Notes under the pieces: generated by a model
Database searches by the model: none
The model's input: only the letters and a program-made list of their open reading frames with translations
What the model was told of the DNA's origin: nothing
Translations under genes and position numbers: made by a program
Source of the DNA: Anaeramoeba ignava BMAN
Taxonomy: Eukaryota > Protista > Anaeramoebae
Direction: 5' to 3'
NCBI GenBank assembly: GCA_028826165.1
Contig: JAPDFW010000083.1
Location: 1-64,000, forward strand
Length of the DNA stretch: 64,000 bases
Part shown: piece by piece, positions 14,401-28,176 of the stretch
Numbering within the stretch: position 1 is the first letter of the stretch
Layout of the letters: every line of letters starts with the position of its first letter

Positions 14401-14634
14401 AATAAATATAAATTTTGTTTTGAAATAAATATAAATTTTGTTTTGAAATAAATATAAATTTTGTTTGGAATTAAATATAAATTTTGTTTAGAAATAAAAG
14501 AGGAATAAATATAAATTTTGTTTTGAAATTGGAGAGGATTAAAAAAGTGGAAAATAATTACTTTGAATCGAGTCTTCTCTATCAGTTAATTTTTGTAATT
14601 TTTTCGTTAGTAATGTTTCTGAAAATGAACTCAT
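11419..14634 (-). CDS. RNA polymerase II CTD-interacting domain protein (RPRD1/Rtt103-like) with a long Asn-rich tail; 2 exons; apparent frameshift near 11670-11690
   Basis: Exon 1 MSSFSETLLTKKLQKLTDREDSIQ joined via intron 13472-14561 to TLSQWIISH..LIYLINDILQN..RVLKIWGERNIY (CID motifs). Coding-like frame resumes after the CAAAAT tract and stops at TGA 11419. Confidence 0.85.
13472..14561 (-). repeat. Intron with two repeat blocks: 12-bp TAAATATAAATT-type, then about 23-bp TAAATATAAATTTTGTTTTGAAT (+ strand reading)
   Basis: Tandem units visible; unit changes near 13800. Confidence 0.85.
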
Positions 14635-15033
14635 TAAATGCAATATAATTAAATTTAATTGCGTTTTTATTTTACAATAATAATGAAAATAAAAATAAAA
14701 AATGAAAAAAAATGAAAAAGAAAAAAAAAAGGAAAAAAAAAATTTTTATAAAAAAATAAAACAAAAATCACTTTTTGCTTTTTAAAATTTTTGTTCCATT
14801 TTGTAATTAAAAAAAAACCAAAAAAAGAAAAATTGATTTTGATTTTAATTTTGAATTTGAATTTGAATTTGAATTTTAATTTTAATTTTAATTTTGAATT
14901 TTGAATTTGAATTTTTATTTTGATTTTGATTTTGATTTTGATTTTGATTTTGATTTTTATTTTGATTTTAATTTTGATTTTGATTTTGATTTTGATTTTG
15001 ATTTTGATTTTGATTTTAATTTTGAATGTTAAT

Positions 15034-15655
15034 TCATTTCTTTTCTAAATTCAATTTGATTTTTTCAATAAATTTTTCCATCTTTTGTTCATAACTCTTG
15101 TTTCTTAATTCCTTTCTTGTGATAGGAAGAGTAGATATAGGATCCAAATTCAAAATCTTTTTCATTTCCTGAAAAGTACCTTGATCACCACTTGAACCAA
15201 AAGTGCAAAAAAAGGCAGTTTTTTTGAATTTCTTTTTCTGAGACTCCAAATAAGTTCTTACAGCAGGAGTTATAGTCCAAGCCCAAATAGGGGTTCCAAC
15301 AACAACAGTCGAATATTGTGAAACATCCTTTTGAGGTGGTGCAATGTTTGTAAGTTTCTTTGTCATAGCATCTTTTCCTGCTGCAAAAATGATTCCAAGT
15401 TTTGAATATCTTTTTTCAGTTTTGATTTCTTCGAGATCAGTTTCAAACTCTTTTTTAAATTTGTTTTGGATTTCTTGAGCAATTTTTTTTGTATTTCCGC
15501 TTCTTGAATGAAAAACAATTAAAATTTTCTCCTTCTTTTTAAATTTAAAATTTAAAATTTAATTTGAAATTAAAATTCGAAATTATTTTTATTACGTTTG
15601 TAGAGAAAAAGCGTATTAAATTTGAAGAAATTTTCACTGGTTTTGCAGAAATCAT
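15034..15655 (-). CDS. Prokaryote-type flavodoxin (about 186 aa) with an N-terminal mitochondrial/hydrogenosomal-type presequence; 2 exons
   Basis: Exon 1 15596-15655 MISAKPVKISSNLIRFFSTN; exon 2 KILIVFHSRSGNTKKIA (FMN phosphate loop), VVVGTPIW, AFFCTFGSSG. Confidence 0.85.
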
Positions 15656-15764
15656 TTTTCTTTCAAATAAAAAAGTAAAAAGTGAAAATTAAAACGAGAA
15701 AAATGGAAAAAATTTTTTTGATAAATTTTTTTGATTTTTATTTTTTTTTTCTTCTTTTTTTTGA

Positions 15765-16139
15765 TCACCAAACTTTATTTTCAATTATTGTTTTTATAAG
15801 TTTTTGGAATGAATCTTTTGAGTTAAAAGAAACAGAAATGAACAACAAAAGTGAGTGGTTTAAATTTTTTGTTATATCTTCAATTAAATTTCTAGCAACA
15901 ACACTTGGAAAAATATCATTTCGATTTCCTAAAAGAATATCAATAGAAAAAGTTGAAATTTCTTGATTTTCATCTTCAAGTTTTTGTGCTGAAATTACAT
16001 TCCCAAATTTTCCAGTATTACTTATTATTATTAAAATTTTATTTGCAAAACATTTCATATAAATTTCTGTGTTTTTTCCTTCAATTTCTTGTTTTATCTC
16101 AATTTGATTTTTTTTTAATTCTGTTTTTTCCATTTCCAT
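15765..16139 (-). CDS. PSMG3: Proteasome assembly chaperone 3 (PAC3)
   Basis: 124 aa; FANKILIIISNTGKFGNVI and ILLGNR..VARNL resemble the PAC3 family pattern. Confidence 0.75.
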   Translation of the reverse strand: MEMEKTELKKNQIEIKQEIEGKNTEIYMKCFANKILIIISNTGKFGNVISAQKLEDENQEISTFSIDILLGNRNDIFPSVVARNLIEDITKNLNHSLLLFISVSFNSKDSFQKLIKTIIENKVW

Positions 16140-16387
16140 TTTTATTTTTTATTTTAATTTTTATTTTTTAAATGTAAAAAAAAAAATGAAATTTGAAATT
16201 TTTAAGAAAAGATTGAAAAAATAATTTTAAAAAAAAAAATCTAAAAAGTTTCTTTTGATTTTATTCTTTCTTAAACTTTTATCTTTATCTTTATCTTTAT
16301 CTTTATCTTTATCTTTATCATTTTAAATTTAAAATCAAAATTTTTGGATTAAATTTTTTTTTTCTCATTTTAAATTTAATTTAAGAT

Positions 16388-19180
16388 CTAAATGTAAAGT
16401 TGGTTTTTTAGAATATAATCCATAACTGGATCTAAAACGAAATATTTGAAAGATAGTTTTTTATTTGCTAAATTTCTAACCATTGTTGAGCTAATTGACA
16501 TGGGTGAAGTTTTAATAATGTGAATATATTCTTGAACTGGTTCGAGATAACTTTTGGAAATTTTCTCTTTTAAATTATCTGCTGTAGTATCACGAAGGCC
16601 GCAGATAATGTTGAATTTTTTTGTTAATTCGATAACCTTTTTTAATTTTAATTTCAAAATGAATTTTAAAATGAATTTTAATTTCAAAATGAATTTTAAT
16701 TTCAAAATTAATTTTAATTTTAATTTTAATTTGAATTTTAATTTTAATTTTAATTTTGATTTTGATTTTAATTATAATTTTAATTTTAATTTTAATTTTA
16801 ATTTTAATTTCAAAATGAATTTTAATTTTCAAAATGAATTTTAATTTCAAAATGAATTTGGATTTCAAAATGAATTTTAATTTTCAAAATGAATTTTAAT
16901 TTCAAAATGAATTTTAATTTTCAATTTTAATTTTCAATTTTAAAATGAATTTTAATTTCAAAATGAATTTGGATTTTTAACTTGTTCTTTGATCCAAAAT
17001 GTATCAGGTGCAATCATTGATTCAATAACATCTGAACCGCATACTAAACTAACTTTAACTTTTTCTTCAATTTTTTCTTTTTCTAGAATTGTATCAATTT
17101 CTTTTTGAAAATGTTCTAATGATATTTTTGTTCTAATATATTCATCTTGAAGAGCTTCCCAAGGATCTAACATGATCCAAGATGATGATTTTGTTGCAAG
17201 ATCACACATCTCTTTTATTATTAAAATTATTATTAAAATTAATATTAAAATTATTATTAAATTTATTATTAAAATTATTATTAAAATTATTATTAAATTT
17301 ATTATTAAAATTATTATTAAATTTATTATTAAAATTATTATTAAAATTATTATTAAAATTATTAATAAATTTATTATTAAAATTATTATTAAAATTATTA
17401 TTAAATTTATTATTAAAATTATTATTAAATTTATTATTAAAAATTTATTATTAAATTTATTATTAAAATTATTATTAAAATTATTATTAAATTTATTATT
17501 AAAATTATTATTATTAAATTTATTATTAAAATTTATTATTAAAATTATTAAAATTATTATTAAATTTATTATTAAATTTATTATTAAAATTATTATTAAA
17601 TTTATTATTAAAATTATTATTAAAATTATTATTAAATTTATTATTAAAATTATTATTAAAATTATTATTAAATTTATTATTATTATTAAAATTTATTAAA
17701 TTTATTATTATTTATTATTAAATTTATTATTAAAATTATTATTATTAAATTTATTATTAAATTTATTATTATTAAATTATTATTAAAATTTATTATTAAA
17801 ATGATTTATTATTAAAATTATTATTAAAAATTATTTATTAAAATTATTATTAAAATTATTATTAAAATTATTATTAAAATTATTAAAATTATTATTATTA
17901 AAAATTATTATTATTAAATTTAATTATTTATTATTAAATTTATTATTAAAATTTATTATTAAAATTATTATTAAAATTATTATTAAAATTATTATTAAAA
18001 TTTATTATTAAAATTTATTATTAAAATTATTATTAAAATTATTATTAAAATTATTATTAAATTTATTATTAAAATTATTATTAAAATTATTATTAAAATT
18101 TATTATTAAAATTATTATTAAAAATTATTATTAAAATTATTATTAAAATTATTATTAAAATTTATTATTAAATTTATTATTAAAATTATTATTAAAATTA
18201 TTATTAAAATTATTATTAAAATTATTATTAAAATTATTATTAAAATTATTATTAAAATTATTAAAAATTATTATTAAAATTATTATTAAAATTATTATTA
18301 AAATTATTATTAAAATTAAAATTATTATTAAAAATTTATTATTTATTTATTATTAAAATTATTATTTATTAAAATTATTATTAAATTTATTATTTATTAT
18401 TAAATATTAAATTATTATTAAAATTATTATTAAAATTATTATTAAAAATTATTATTAAAATTATTTATTATTAAAAATTTATTATTAAAATTTATTATTA
18501 AAAATTTTTATTAAAATTATTATTATTAAAATTTATTATTAAAATTATTATTAAAATTATTATTAAAAATTATTATTAAAATTATTATTAAATTATTAAA
18601 ATTATTATTAAATTTATTATTAAATTTATTATTAAATTTATTATTAAATTTATTATTAAATTTATTATTAAAATTATTATTAAAATTTATTATTAAAATT
18701 ATTATTAAATTTATTATTAAATTTATTATTAAAATTATTATGAAAATTATTATTAAATTTATTATTAAAATTATTATTAAATTTATTATTAAATTTATTA
18801 TTAAAATTATTATTAAAATTATTATTAAATTTATTATTAAAATTATTATTAAATTTATTATTAAAATTTATTATTAAAATTTATTATTAAAATTAATAAG
18901 AGATCAAGATCTATGACAACAAACCAATTCGATAATCTCCAACAGTTAAATCTTTTTTTTTATATTTTTGGTTAACAGGAGAAATATAACCGCCAATTAT
19001 ATTTTGATCAAGTAAAGAGAAATGATTTGCAATATCCTCCAAAACTCTTAAATGACCAATTGTTGGTGGATTAAATGAACCACAAAAAATTAAAACTCTA
19101 TTAATTTTATCTTTTTCAATCTTTTTTAATTGTAATTTTTGTTTTGGAAAAATATAATTTTCTTTTGTTAAATTTTGCAT
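16388..19180 (-). CDS. NMNAT: Nicotinamide/nicotinate mononucleotide adenylyltransferase, 3 exons, 244 aa
   Basis: CGSFNPPTIGHL, GGYISPV, MCDLAT..W..DPWE, LVCGSD, ISSTMVR. Exons 18925-19180, 16982-17211, 16388-16636 sum to an intact frame. Confidence 0.93.
17212..18924 (-). repeat. NMNAT intron 1 (1713 nt) of TAATAATTTTAA-type 12-bp units
   Basis: GTTTGT donor, TAAAAG acceptor, tandem A/T-only unit. Confidence 0.9.
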
Positions 19181-19682
19181 TTAATTTATAATTTATAATT
19201 TTTAAAATAAAAGGAGAAAAAAATGAAAAAATGAAAAGAAAAAAAAACAAGAAAAAATTATTTTTTATTAATCTTGATTAAAAATTGACTAATTTTTATT
19301 TTTCTTTTTTTTTATTTAATTTTTAATTTAAAGCAAAATTTTTTTTTTTTTATTTTTTTCATTTTTTTCATTTTTCAATTTACAAAAAAAAAGGTAAAAA
19401 AAAAAATAAATAAAAAAAAAAAAACAAAATTAAAAAAATTTAAAAAAATTTTTTTTTCTTCCTTAATAAAAAAATAAAAATAACAAAAATTGGACAAATA
19501 AATAATTAACAATAAAAAAATCCTATTTTTAAATTTCTGTTTGAATTTTTTATACAATTAACAATAAAAAAATTCAAATTAAAACTTCAAATTAAAAATT
19601 CAAATTAAAAATTCAAATTAAAAATTCAAATTAAAAATTCAAATTAAAAATTTCAAATTAAAAATTAAAAAGAAAAAGCAAA

Positions 19683-21080
19683 ATGTCAAACACAAGAATT
19701 GCAGAATTAGAAACAGGAATTGAAGCTTTGAATTCAAAAATTGCACAAATTACAAGAAGATCCCAAAGTGCAGAAAAAGTTGTCAAACAAGCACAAGAAG
19801 TAAAAGAAAAAAATGCCAACTTAGAAAAAGAAAACAAAGATGTTTCTGCTCGTTTGGAAAAAGCTATTAAAGACTATGAAATTACTATGAAGAAACAAGA
19901 AGATTTACAAGCTGAATTGGATGAAATGAAATCTCAATCTCAAAAAACTGATGAACTTCATCGTGTTCTTCAATTAACTAATTCTAAACTTAATAAAGCT
20001 AAACAAGACGAGAAAGGAATGGATGATAAAGTTTCCAATATAAAATCAAGAAGTAATTTCAATTATAAATTTAATTTTAATTTTAATTTTAATATTAATT
20101 ATTAATTTTAATTTTAATATTAATTAATTTTAATTTTAATTTTAATATTAATTAATTTTAATATTAATTAATTTTAATTTTAATTTTGATTTTAAATTTT
20201 AATTTTAATTTTAATTTTAATTTTAATTTTAATTTTAATTTTAAATTTTAATATTATTTATTAATTTTAATTTTAATTTTAATTTTAATATTATTTATTA
20301 ATTTTAATTTAAATTAAAATATTAATTTTATTTATAAATTTATTTATAAATTTTAATATTAATTTTAATTTTAATTTTAATTTTAATTTTAATTTTAATT
20401 TAAATTTTAATTTTGATTTAAATTTTAAATTTTAATTTTAATTTAAATTTTAAATTTTAATTTTAATTTAAATTTTAAATTTTAATTTTAATTTTAATTT
20501 TAATTTTAATATAAATTTTAATTTTTATTTTTATTTTAATTTTAATTTTAATTTTAATTTTAATTTTAATTTTGATTTTAATTTTAATTTTAATTTTAAT
20601 TATTAATTTTAATTTTAATTTTAATATTAATTTAATTTTAATTTGATAGTTGCTAATGCTGATAAGAAAATTGCACAACTCGAAAAACAACTTCAACAAA
20701 TGGGAGAAGAACAAGATACACATCTTGAACAAACAGATAAAACACTCTCAGATCTTGAACTTGCACAAAGACAAGTTATTGAAAAGGAGACAAAAGCAAA
20801 GAATTTAAAAATTGATTTTAATAATATAACAACAAAAAACAAAGACCTCATTCAACAAAACGAAAAGATTGAAAATGAACTCAAATCAATCGAATCCAAA
20901 CTTGTAGCCCAAACTAAAGAATTGAAGAAAATACAAGATAACAAAGAAGAAACTAGAGAAGAAACTCAAGAAATTCGAGAGAAAATTCATCGTGCAGAAG
21001 TTGAATTTGCAAAAGAAGAAGCAAAAGCTAATGTTTTAGAAAAGAAAGAATCAGATGCTCACAAAAATTTGGATATTTAA
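19683..21080 (+). CDS. Uninterrupted coiled-coil protein, 266 aa, tropomyosin-like; 2 exons
   Basis: Exons 19683-20052 and 20650-21080 (GTAATT..TGATAG); heptad pattern throughout; no Pro, Trp or Cys. Confidence 0.75.
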
Positions 21081-21127
21081 ATCCTTCAAAAAAAAAAGTT
21101 CCGTTTCTTCTTTTTTTTTGTTCCTCT

Positions 21128-21159
<32 letters not shown>

Positions 21160-21358
21160 TCATTTCTTTTTTCTTCTTTTTTTTTCTCAATCCAAAAAAT
21201 ACTTTTTTTTTTCAATTTTTTTTTTTTGGAAATTCCATCTTGGTTTTGAATTCGATAATTCTTTTCGTTTCAAAATAATCAATCGATTTAACCAAATATT
21301 TTTTTAATTTTTTAATTTTTTAATTTTTCATTTTTTTCTTTTCAAATTAAAAAAAAAA

Positions 21359-24125
21359 ATGACAGATAAATTTAATTCTCTTCTTTCTTTATTAAAAGCA
21401 CCTTCTGAATCTTTTGTAACTCAAGTTTTAGAATGTTTTTTTAGTGCTAAACTTGATGCAACAAAACCTTCATTTTATTCTGAAATTATATCTCAATTAC
21501 AACTTGATGAATCTCAATTTCAAGATGTATTTTTACAATACAAAGAGTTAAACGTTAATTTAATATTTTGAAATTAAAAAAATTTTGAAAATGTTGCTTT
21601 TTTTTTTAGCTTTATTCTACTGTTAATTCTTTAATAACTGAAGCTATTTATCTATCTTTTGATACAGCAGAAAATATTCAAAAAAATTTATTTCCTCAAG
21701 ATTTTCATGCAAAATTGAAATTATTACTTTCTAAAATAATTGCTGAAAATCTTCCTTCAGTAATAATTATAATAATTATTATTATTTTTAATTTTTTAAA
21801 AACAAAAATTCATCTTCTTTCTTTTTACTTTTTTTTAGTGGAAAAATAGAGCGTTTTCTAAAAGAATTACTCTTCCAAAACTTGTTGATTTTGATTGGTC
21901 TCTTAATATTATTTCTTCTTCTCAGAAATCATCTCATTCTTCAATTCCAACAATTTTATTAGAGTTAAAAGTGTGTTTTTATTTTAAAATTGATTTAAAA
22001 TTGATTTAAAATTGATATAAAATTGATTTAAAATTGATTTAAAATTGATTTAATATTGATATAAAATTGATATAAAATTGATATAAAATTGATTTAAAAT
22101 TGATTTAATATTGATTTAAAATTGATTTAAAATTGATATAAAATTGATATAAAATTGATTTAAAATTGATTTAAAATTGATATAAAATTAATATAAAATT
22201 GATTTAAAATTGAATTAAAATTGATTTAAAATTAATTTAAAATTGATTTAAAATTAATTTAAAATTAATTTAAAATTGATATAAATTTGATATAAATTTG
22301 ATATAAATTTGATATAAATTTGATATAAATTGATTTAAAATTGATATAAAATTGATATAAAATTGATTTAAAAAATTGATTTAAAATTGATATAAAATTG
22401 ATATAAAATTGATTTAAAATTAATATAAAATTGATTTAAAATTGAATTAAAATTGATTTAAAATTGAATTAAAATTGATATAAAATTGATTTAAAATTAA
22501 TATAAAATTGATTTAAAATTGATTTAATATTGATTTAAAAATTGATATAAAATTGATATAAAATTGATTTAAAATTTGAATTAAAATTGATATAAAATTG
22601 ATTTAAAAATTGATTTAAAATTAATTTAAAATTAATTTAAAATTGATTTAAAAATTGATTTAAAATTGATATAAAATTGATTTAAAATTGATATAAAATT
22701 GATATAAAATTGATTTAAAATTAATTTAAAATTGATATAAAATTGATATAAAATTGATATAAAATTGATTTAAAATTGATTTAAAATTGATTTAAAATTG
22801 ATTTAAAATTGATATAAAATTGATATAAAATTGATTTAAAATTGATTTAAAATTGATTTAAAATTGATATAAAATTGATATAAAATTGATTTAAAATTAA
22901 TATAAAATTAATATAAAATTTATATAAAATTGATATAAAATTGATATAGAATTGATATAAAGTTGATTTAAAATTGATTTAAAATTGATATAAAATTGAT
23001 ATAAAATTAATTTAAAATTGATATAAAATTGATTTAAAATTGATTTAAAATTGATTTAAAATTGATTTAAAATTGATTTAAAATTGATTTAAAATTGATT
23101 TAAAATTGATTTAAAATTGATTTAAAATTGATATAAAATTGATTTAAAAATTAAAAAATTGATTTAAAATTGATATAAAATTGATATAAAAATTGATATA
23201 AAATTGATATAAAATTGTGTTGGTTGAATTAAAATTAATATAAAATTGATTTAAAAATTGATTTAAAATTGATTTAAAATTGATTTTAAAATTGATTTAA
23301 AATTGATTAAAAAATTGATATAAAATTGATATAAAATTAATTTAAAATTGATTTAAAATTGATTTAAAATTGATTTAAAATTGATTTAAAATTGATATAA
23401 AAATTGATATAAAATTGATATAAAATTGAATTAAAAATTGATTCAAAAATTGATATAAAATTGATATAAAATTGATATAAAATTAATTTAAAATTGATAT
23501 AAAATTAATATAAAATTAATTTAAAATTGATATAAAATTAATTTAAAATTGATATAAAATTGATATAAAATTGATTTAAAATTGATATAAAATTGATATA
23601 AAATTGATATAAAATTGATTTAAAATTGATTTAAAATTGATATAAAATTGATTTAAAATTGATATAAAATTGATATAAAATTAATATAAAATTGATTTAA
23701 AATTGATTTAAAAAATTAAAAATATAAAATTGATTTAAAATTGATTTAAAATTGATATAAAATTGATATAAAATTGATATAAAATTAATATAAAATTAAT
23801 ATAAAATTGATATAAAATTGATTTAAAATTGATTTAAAATTAATATAAAATTAATTTAAAATTGATTTAAAATTGATTTAAAATTGATTTAAAATTGATT
23901 TAAAATTGATTTAAAATTGATATAAAATTAATATAAAATTGATTTAAAATTGATTTAAAATTGATTTAAAATTTATTTGATAAAAAGATTCAAGATCCTC
24001 CAACAAAAACTGATTTAATGCCAAACGTTAGAACAATTCACGTTGAATTAACAAGAGAAAGTTTAGGAGCAGTTTTGGATGGACTTGGGAAAATTAATGA
24101 ACAACTTACTTCTGTTAAGAAATAA
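21359..24125 (+). CDS. COMMD9: COMM domain-containing protein 9 (Commander/CCC complex), 4 exons, 195 aa
   Basis: Exons 21359-21526, 21610-21759, 21839-21970, 23988-24125 give SLLKAPS, LFPQDFHAKLKLLLSKII, ITLPKLVDFDW, VELTRESLGAVLDGLGKINEQL, collinear with COMMD9. Confidence 0.92.
21971..23987 (+). repeat. COMMD9 intron 3 (2017 nt) of 11-bp AAAATTGAT[TA]T units
   Basis: GTGTGT donor, AAAAAG acceptor; two interspersed unit variants. Confidence 0.9.
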
Positions 24126-24439
24126 TTTTTAAGAAATTATTTAAAAAAAAAAAGAAAAATTGATCAACAAAACTTTTAAATTTCTTTTCTTTTTCTTCTT
24201 TACTTTACTTTTCTTTTCTTTTCTTTTCCTTTTTCTCAAATAAAAATAACAAAATTGATTAATTTTTCCCTATTAAAAATTTTTCACTTTTTCAATTTAA
24301 AAATCTAAAAGAAAAACAATTAAAATTAAAACAAATTAAAATAAAACGTTTTCTTTGTTTATTTTTTTATTTAAAAAATTTTTTTTTTGATCAAATTTTA
24401 ATTTCATTTTTTTTTTTCTGTTTTTTGCTTTAAAAAAAT

Positions 24440-27400
24440 ATGACAGATAAAAACAAAGAAACAAAACCTTTAATTAATAATGAAAAAGCAAATGAAATAG
24501 ATTCACAACCGTAAAAATAAATAAACAAAAAAACTAAAAAAAAAACTTAAACAAAATTTACTAATTCAAATTCTTTTTTTAATTTTATTAAGAAAATTGG
24601 AATCAAATTTACCATTTATTGATGGACAACCTTTAGAAAAGCAACCATTATATCCACCACAACCTCGTTTACAACAACAACAACCTTATTTACAACAACC
24701 TTATTATCAACAACCTTATTATCAACAGCCTTATTATCAACAACCTTATTATCAACAACCTTTCACTCAAACAATACAACAACAACAACAACAAATTGAT
24801 TATCCAACTGTTGGAATCAATACTCATCGTAAATCCTCCAAAAGACCTGGTTATGTTAGACCTAGAAATTATGTGATTTGCATTGTTTGCATTTTGGTGT
24901 ATTTATCAAAATTTAATTTAATATTCAATTTAATATCCAATTCAATTCAATATTCAATTCAAAATTCAATTTAATATTTAATATTTAATTCAATTTAATT
25001 CAATTCAATTCAATTCAATTCAATTTAATTCAATATTCAATTCAATATTTAATTTAATATTCAATTCAATTCAATTCAATATTTAATTCAATTCAATATT
25101 CAATTCAAAAATTCAATTTAATATTTAATTCAATTCAAAATTCAATTTAATATTTAATATTTATTCAATTCAAAATTCAATTTAATATTTAATATTACCC
25201 AATTCAAAAATTCAATTTTAATATTTATTCCAATTCAATTCAATATTCAATTTAAATATTTATTCAATATTTAATATTTTAATATTTTAATATTCATTTT
25301 AATTCAATATTTAATTCAATTTAATATTTCCTCCAATTCCATTCAATTCCAATTCAATTTTAATACCACCATTCAATTCCAATATTCAATTCAATATTTA
25401 ATTCAATTCCAATATTTAATTTTAATATTCATTCAATTCAATATTTAATTTAATATTCAATTCAATTCAATATTTAATTTAATTCAATATTTATTCAATT
25501 TAATATTCATTCAATTCAATTCAATATTTAATTCGAATTTAATATTCATTCCAAAATTCAATTCCAAAATTCAATTTAATTATTCAATTCAATTTAATTC
25601 AATATTCAATTTAATTCAATTCAATTCAATTTTAATAATATTTAATATTCAATTTAATTAATATTTTAATTCAAATTTATTCAATATTTATTCAATATTT
25701 ATTCAATATTTAATTCAATATTTAATTCAATATTTAATTCAATATTTAATTCAATATTTAATTTAATATTCAATTCAATTCAAAATTCAATTTAATTTAA
25801 TATTCAATTCAATTCCAATATTAAATTTAATATTCATATTCAATTATTTTTCAATTCAATATTTATTCAATTCAATTATTCAATTTAATTCAATTCAATT
25901 TAATTTCAATATTTAATTTAATATATTCAATTCAATTCCAAAATTTATTCCAATATTTAATTCAATATTCAATTCAATATTTAATTACCCAATATTCATT
26001 CCAATTTCAATATTTTAATTTAATATTTAATTCAATATTTTCAATTTAATATTCAATTTTAATTTAATATTTAATTCAATTCAATATTTAATTTAATATT
26101 ATTTAATTTAAATTCAATTCAATATTCAATTTCAATATTCAATATTCATTCAATTCAATTCAATTTAATATTTAATATTCAATTCAATTCAATTTATTTA
26201 ATTTATTCAATATTTAATATTCAATTCAATATTTAATTTAATATTCAATTCAATTTTAATTCAATATTTAATTCCAATATTTAATTCAATATTCAATTTA
26301 ATTCCAATATTTAATTCCAATTCAATTCAATTCAATATTTAATTCAATATTCAATTTAATATTTAATTCAATTCAATATTTAATTCAATTCAATTCAATA
26401 TTCAATTCAATATTTAATTCAATATTTAATTCAATATTCAATTCAATTCAATTTAATTCAATTCAATTCAATATTTAATTCAATATTCAATTTAATATTT
26501 AATTCAATTCAATATTCAATTCAATTTAATATTTAATTCAATTCAATTCAATATTCAATTCAATTCAATATTTAATTTAATATTTAATCCAATATTTAAT
26601 TCAATATTTAATTCAAAATTCAATTCAATATTCAATTCAATTTAAAAATTGAAAAATATTATTCTAGTTGTATTGGAATAATTACTTTAATTATCGTTGC
26701 TATTGCTTCCAGTTTCAAATTTAAATGGGATAACAATAGTTATCCTTATAATGGAAATGGTGTTCCAGGATTAACATGTCCAGCAAGAAGTTATTATCTA
26801 ACAAAATCAGGAAATGTAAATAAATAATTATTTGATATTCAAAAATCAAATTCAAAAATTAAATTCAAAAACTAAATTCAAAAACTAAATCCAAAAACTA
26901 AATTCAAAAACTAAATCCAAAAACTAAATTCAAAAACTAAATTCAAAAACTAAATTCAAAAACTATTTCAAAAATTATTTCAAAAACTAAATTCAAAAAC
27001 TAAATTCAAAAACTAAATTCAAAAACTAAATTAAAATATTAAATTCAAAAACTAAATCCAAAAACTAAATTAAAATATTATTTCAAAAATTAAATTCAAA
27101 AATTAAATTCAAATATCAAATTCAAAAACTAAATTCAAAAACTAAATTCAAAAACTAAAAGAACAATATTGGAGAATGTGTTTTTTATGATTATACTTGT
27201 GCTCGTGATGATACAGTATTTGATTTATCACGAGATTATAGTCAAATATTCACAGGAGAAGATTATGATTCTGATTGTTTATCGAATCTTGGATATCTTC
27301 AATGTGCACCAATGTCACCATATATCAATTCATTTGGTTCAAATATTCAAATTGGAGAAAATTATCAAAACTTTATACTTTGTGATTTTTTTTGTGATAC

Positions 27401-27632
27401 TCTTTATGATAATTGCAAAGATGCTACATTTGATTGCTCTTCTAATAACCCTTTTCCTCATGTTTATTGTGGACAAACAGTTTCATCTCAATTTAGTGAT
27501 TCAAAATCATTTTGTCAACAAGGTTTATATCTTACTGTCTCAAGTGACCAAAATTCTTGCTTTGCTGGAGTTGGTAGTTTAATCCCAAGTATTTTGATTC
27601 TTGCATTTTTGTCTTTATTCTTTTTTGCATGA
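24440..27632 (+). CDS. Membrane protein (331 aa): QQPYY-repeat N-terminus, TM helix, Cys-rich folate-receptor-like domain, C-terminal hydrophobic/GPI signal; 4 exons
   Basis: Exons 24440-24510, 24593-24898, 26668-26815, 27162-27632 form one frame; Cys pattern DCLSNLGYLQCAPMSP..LCDFFCDTLYDNCKD..FC..CF resembles the folate-receptor fold. Confidence 0.7.
24899..26667 (+). repeat. 1769-nt intron of AATTC / AATATTT words
   Basis: Essentially G-free on the sense strand; degenerate in the middle. Confidence 0.85.
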
Positions 27633-27764
27633 ATCTCTTTTCATTTTCATTTTTTTCACTTTTCTCCTTTTTCCTCCCTTTTCTTCTTTTGATTCCTCTT
27701 TTTTTTAATTTTTTTTCTTGAATAAAATTCCTTTTTTAAATCTTTTCAAATTTCTTTTTAATTT

Positions 27765-28150
27765 GATTTAAAATTGATTTAAATTTAAAATTTAGATTTA
27801 AAATTGATTTAGATTTAGATTTAGATTTAGATTTAAAATTAATTTAGATTTAAAATTTAAAAGATTTTAAATTAAATTAGATTTAGATTTAAAATTGATT
27901 TAGATTTAAATTTTGATTTAGATTTAAAATTGATTTAGATTTAAAATTAATTTAGATTTAAAATTGATTTAGATTTAAAATTGATTTAGATTTAAAATTA
28001 ATTTAGATTTAAAATTGATTTAAATTTAAGATTGATTTAGATTTGAAATTGATTTAGATTTAAAATTGATTTAAATTTAAAATTGATTTAGATTTAGATT
28101 TAAAATAGATTTAGATTTAGATTTAGATTTAGATTTTGATTTTGATTTTA
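27765..28150. repeat. Intergenic TTTAGA / TTTAAAATTGA repeat between convergent genes
   Basis: Tandem words visible; AG-rich on the + strand. Confidence 0.85.
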
Positions 28151-28176
28151 TTGCAAATCCCTTTTTTAAATTAATT

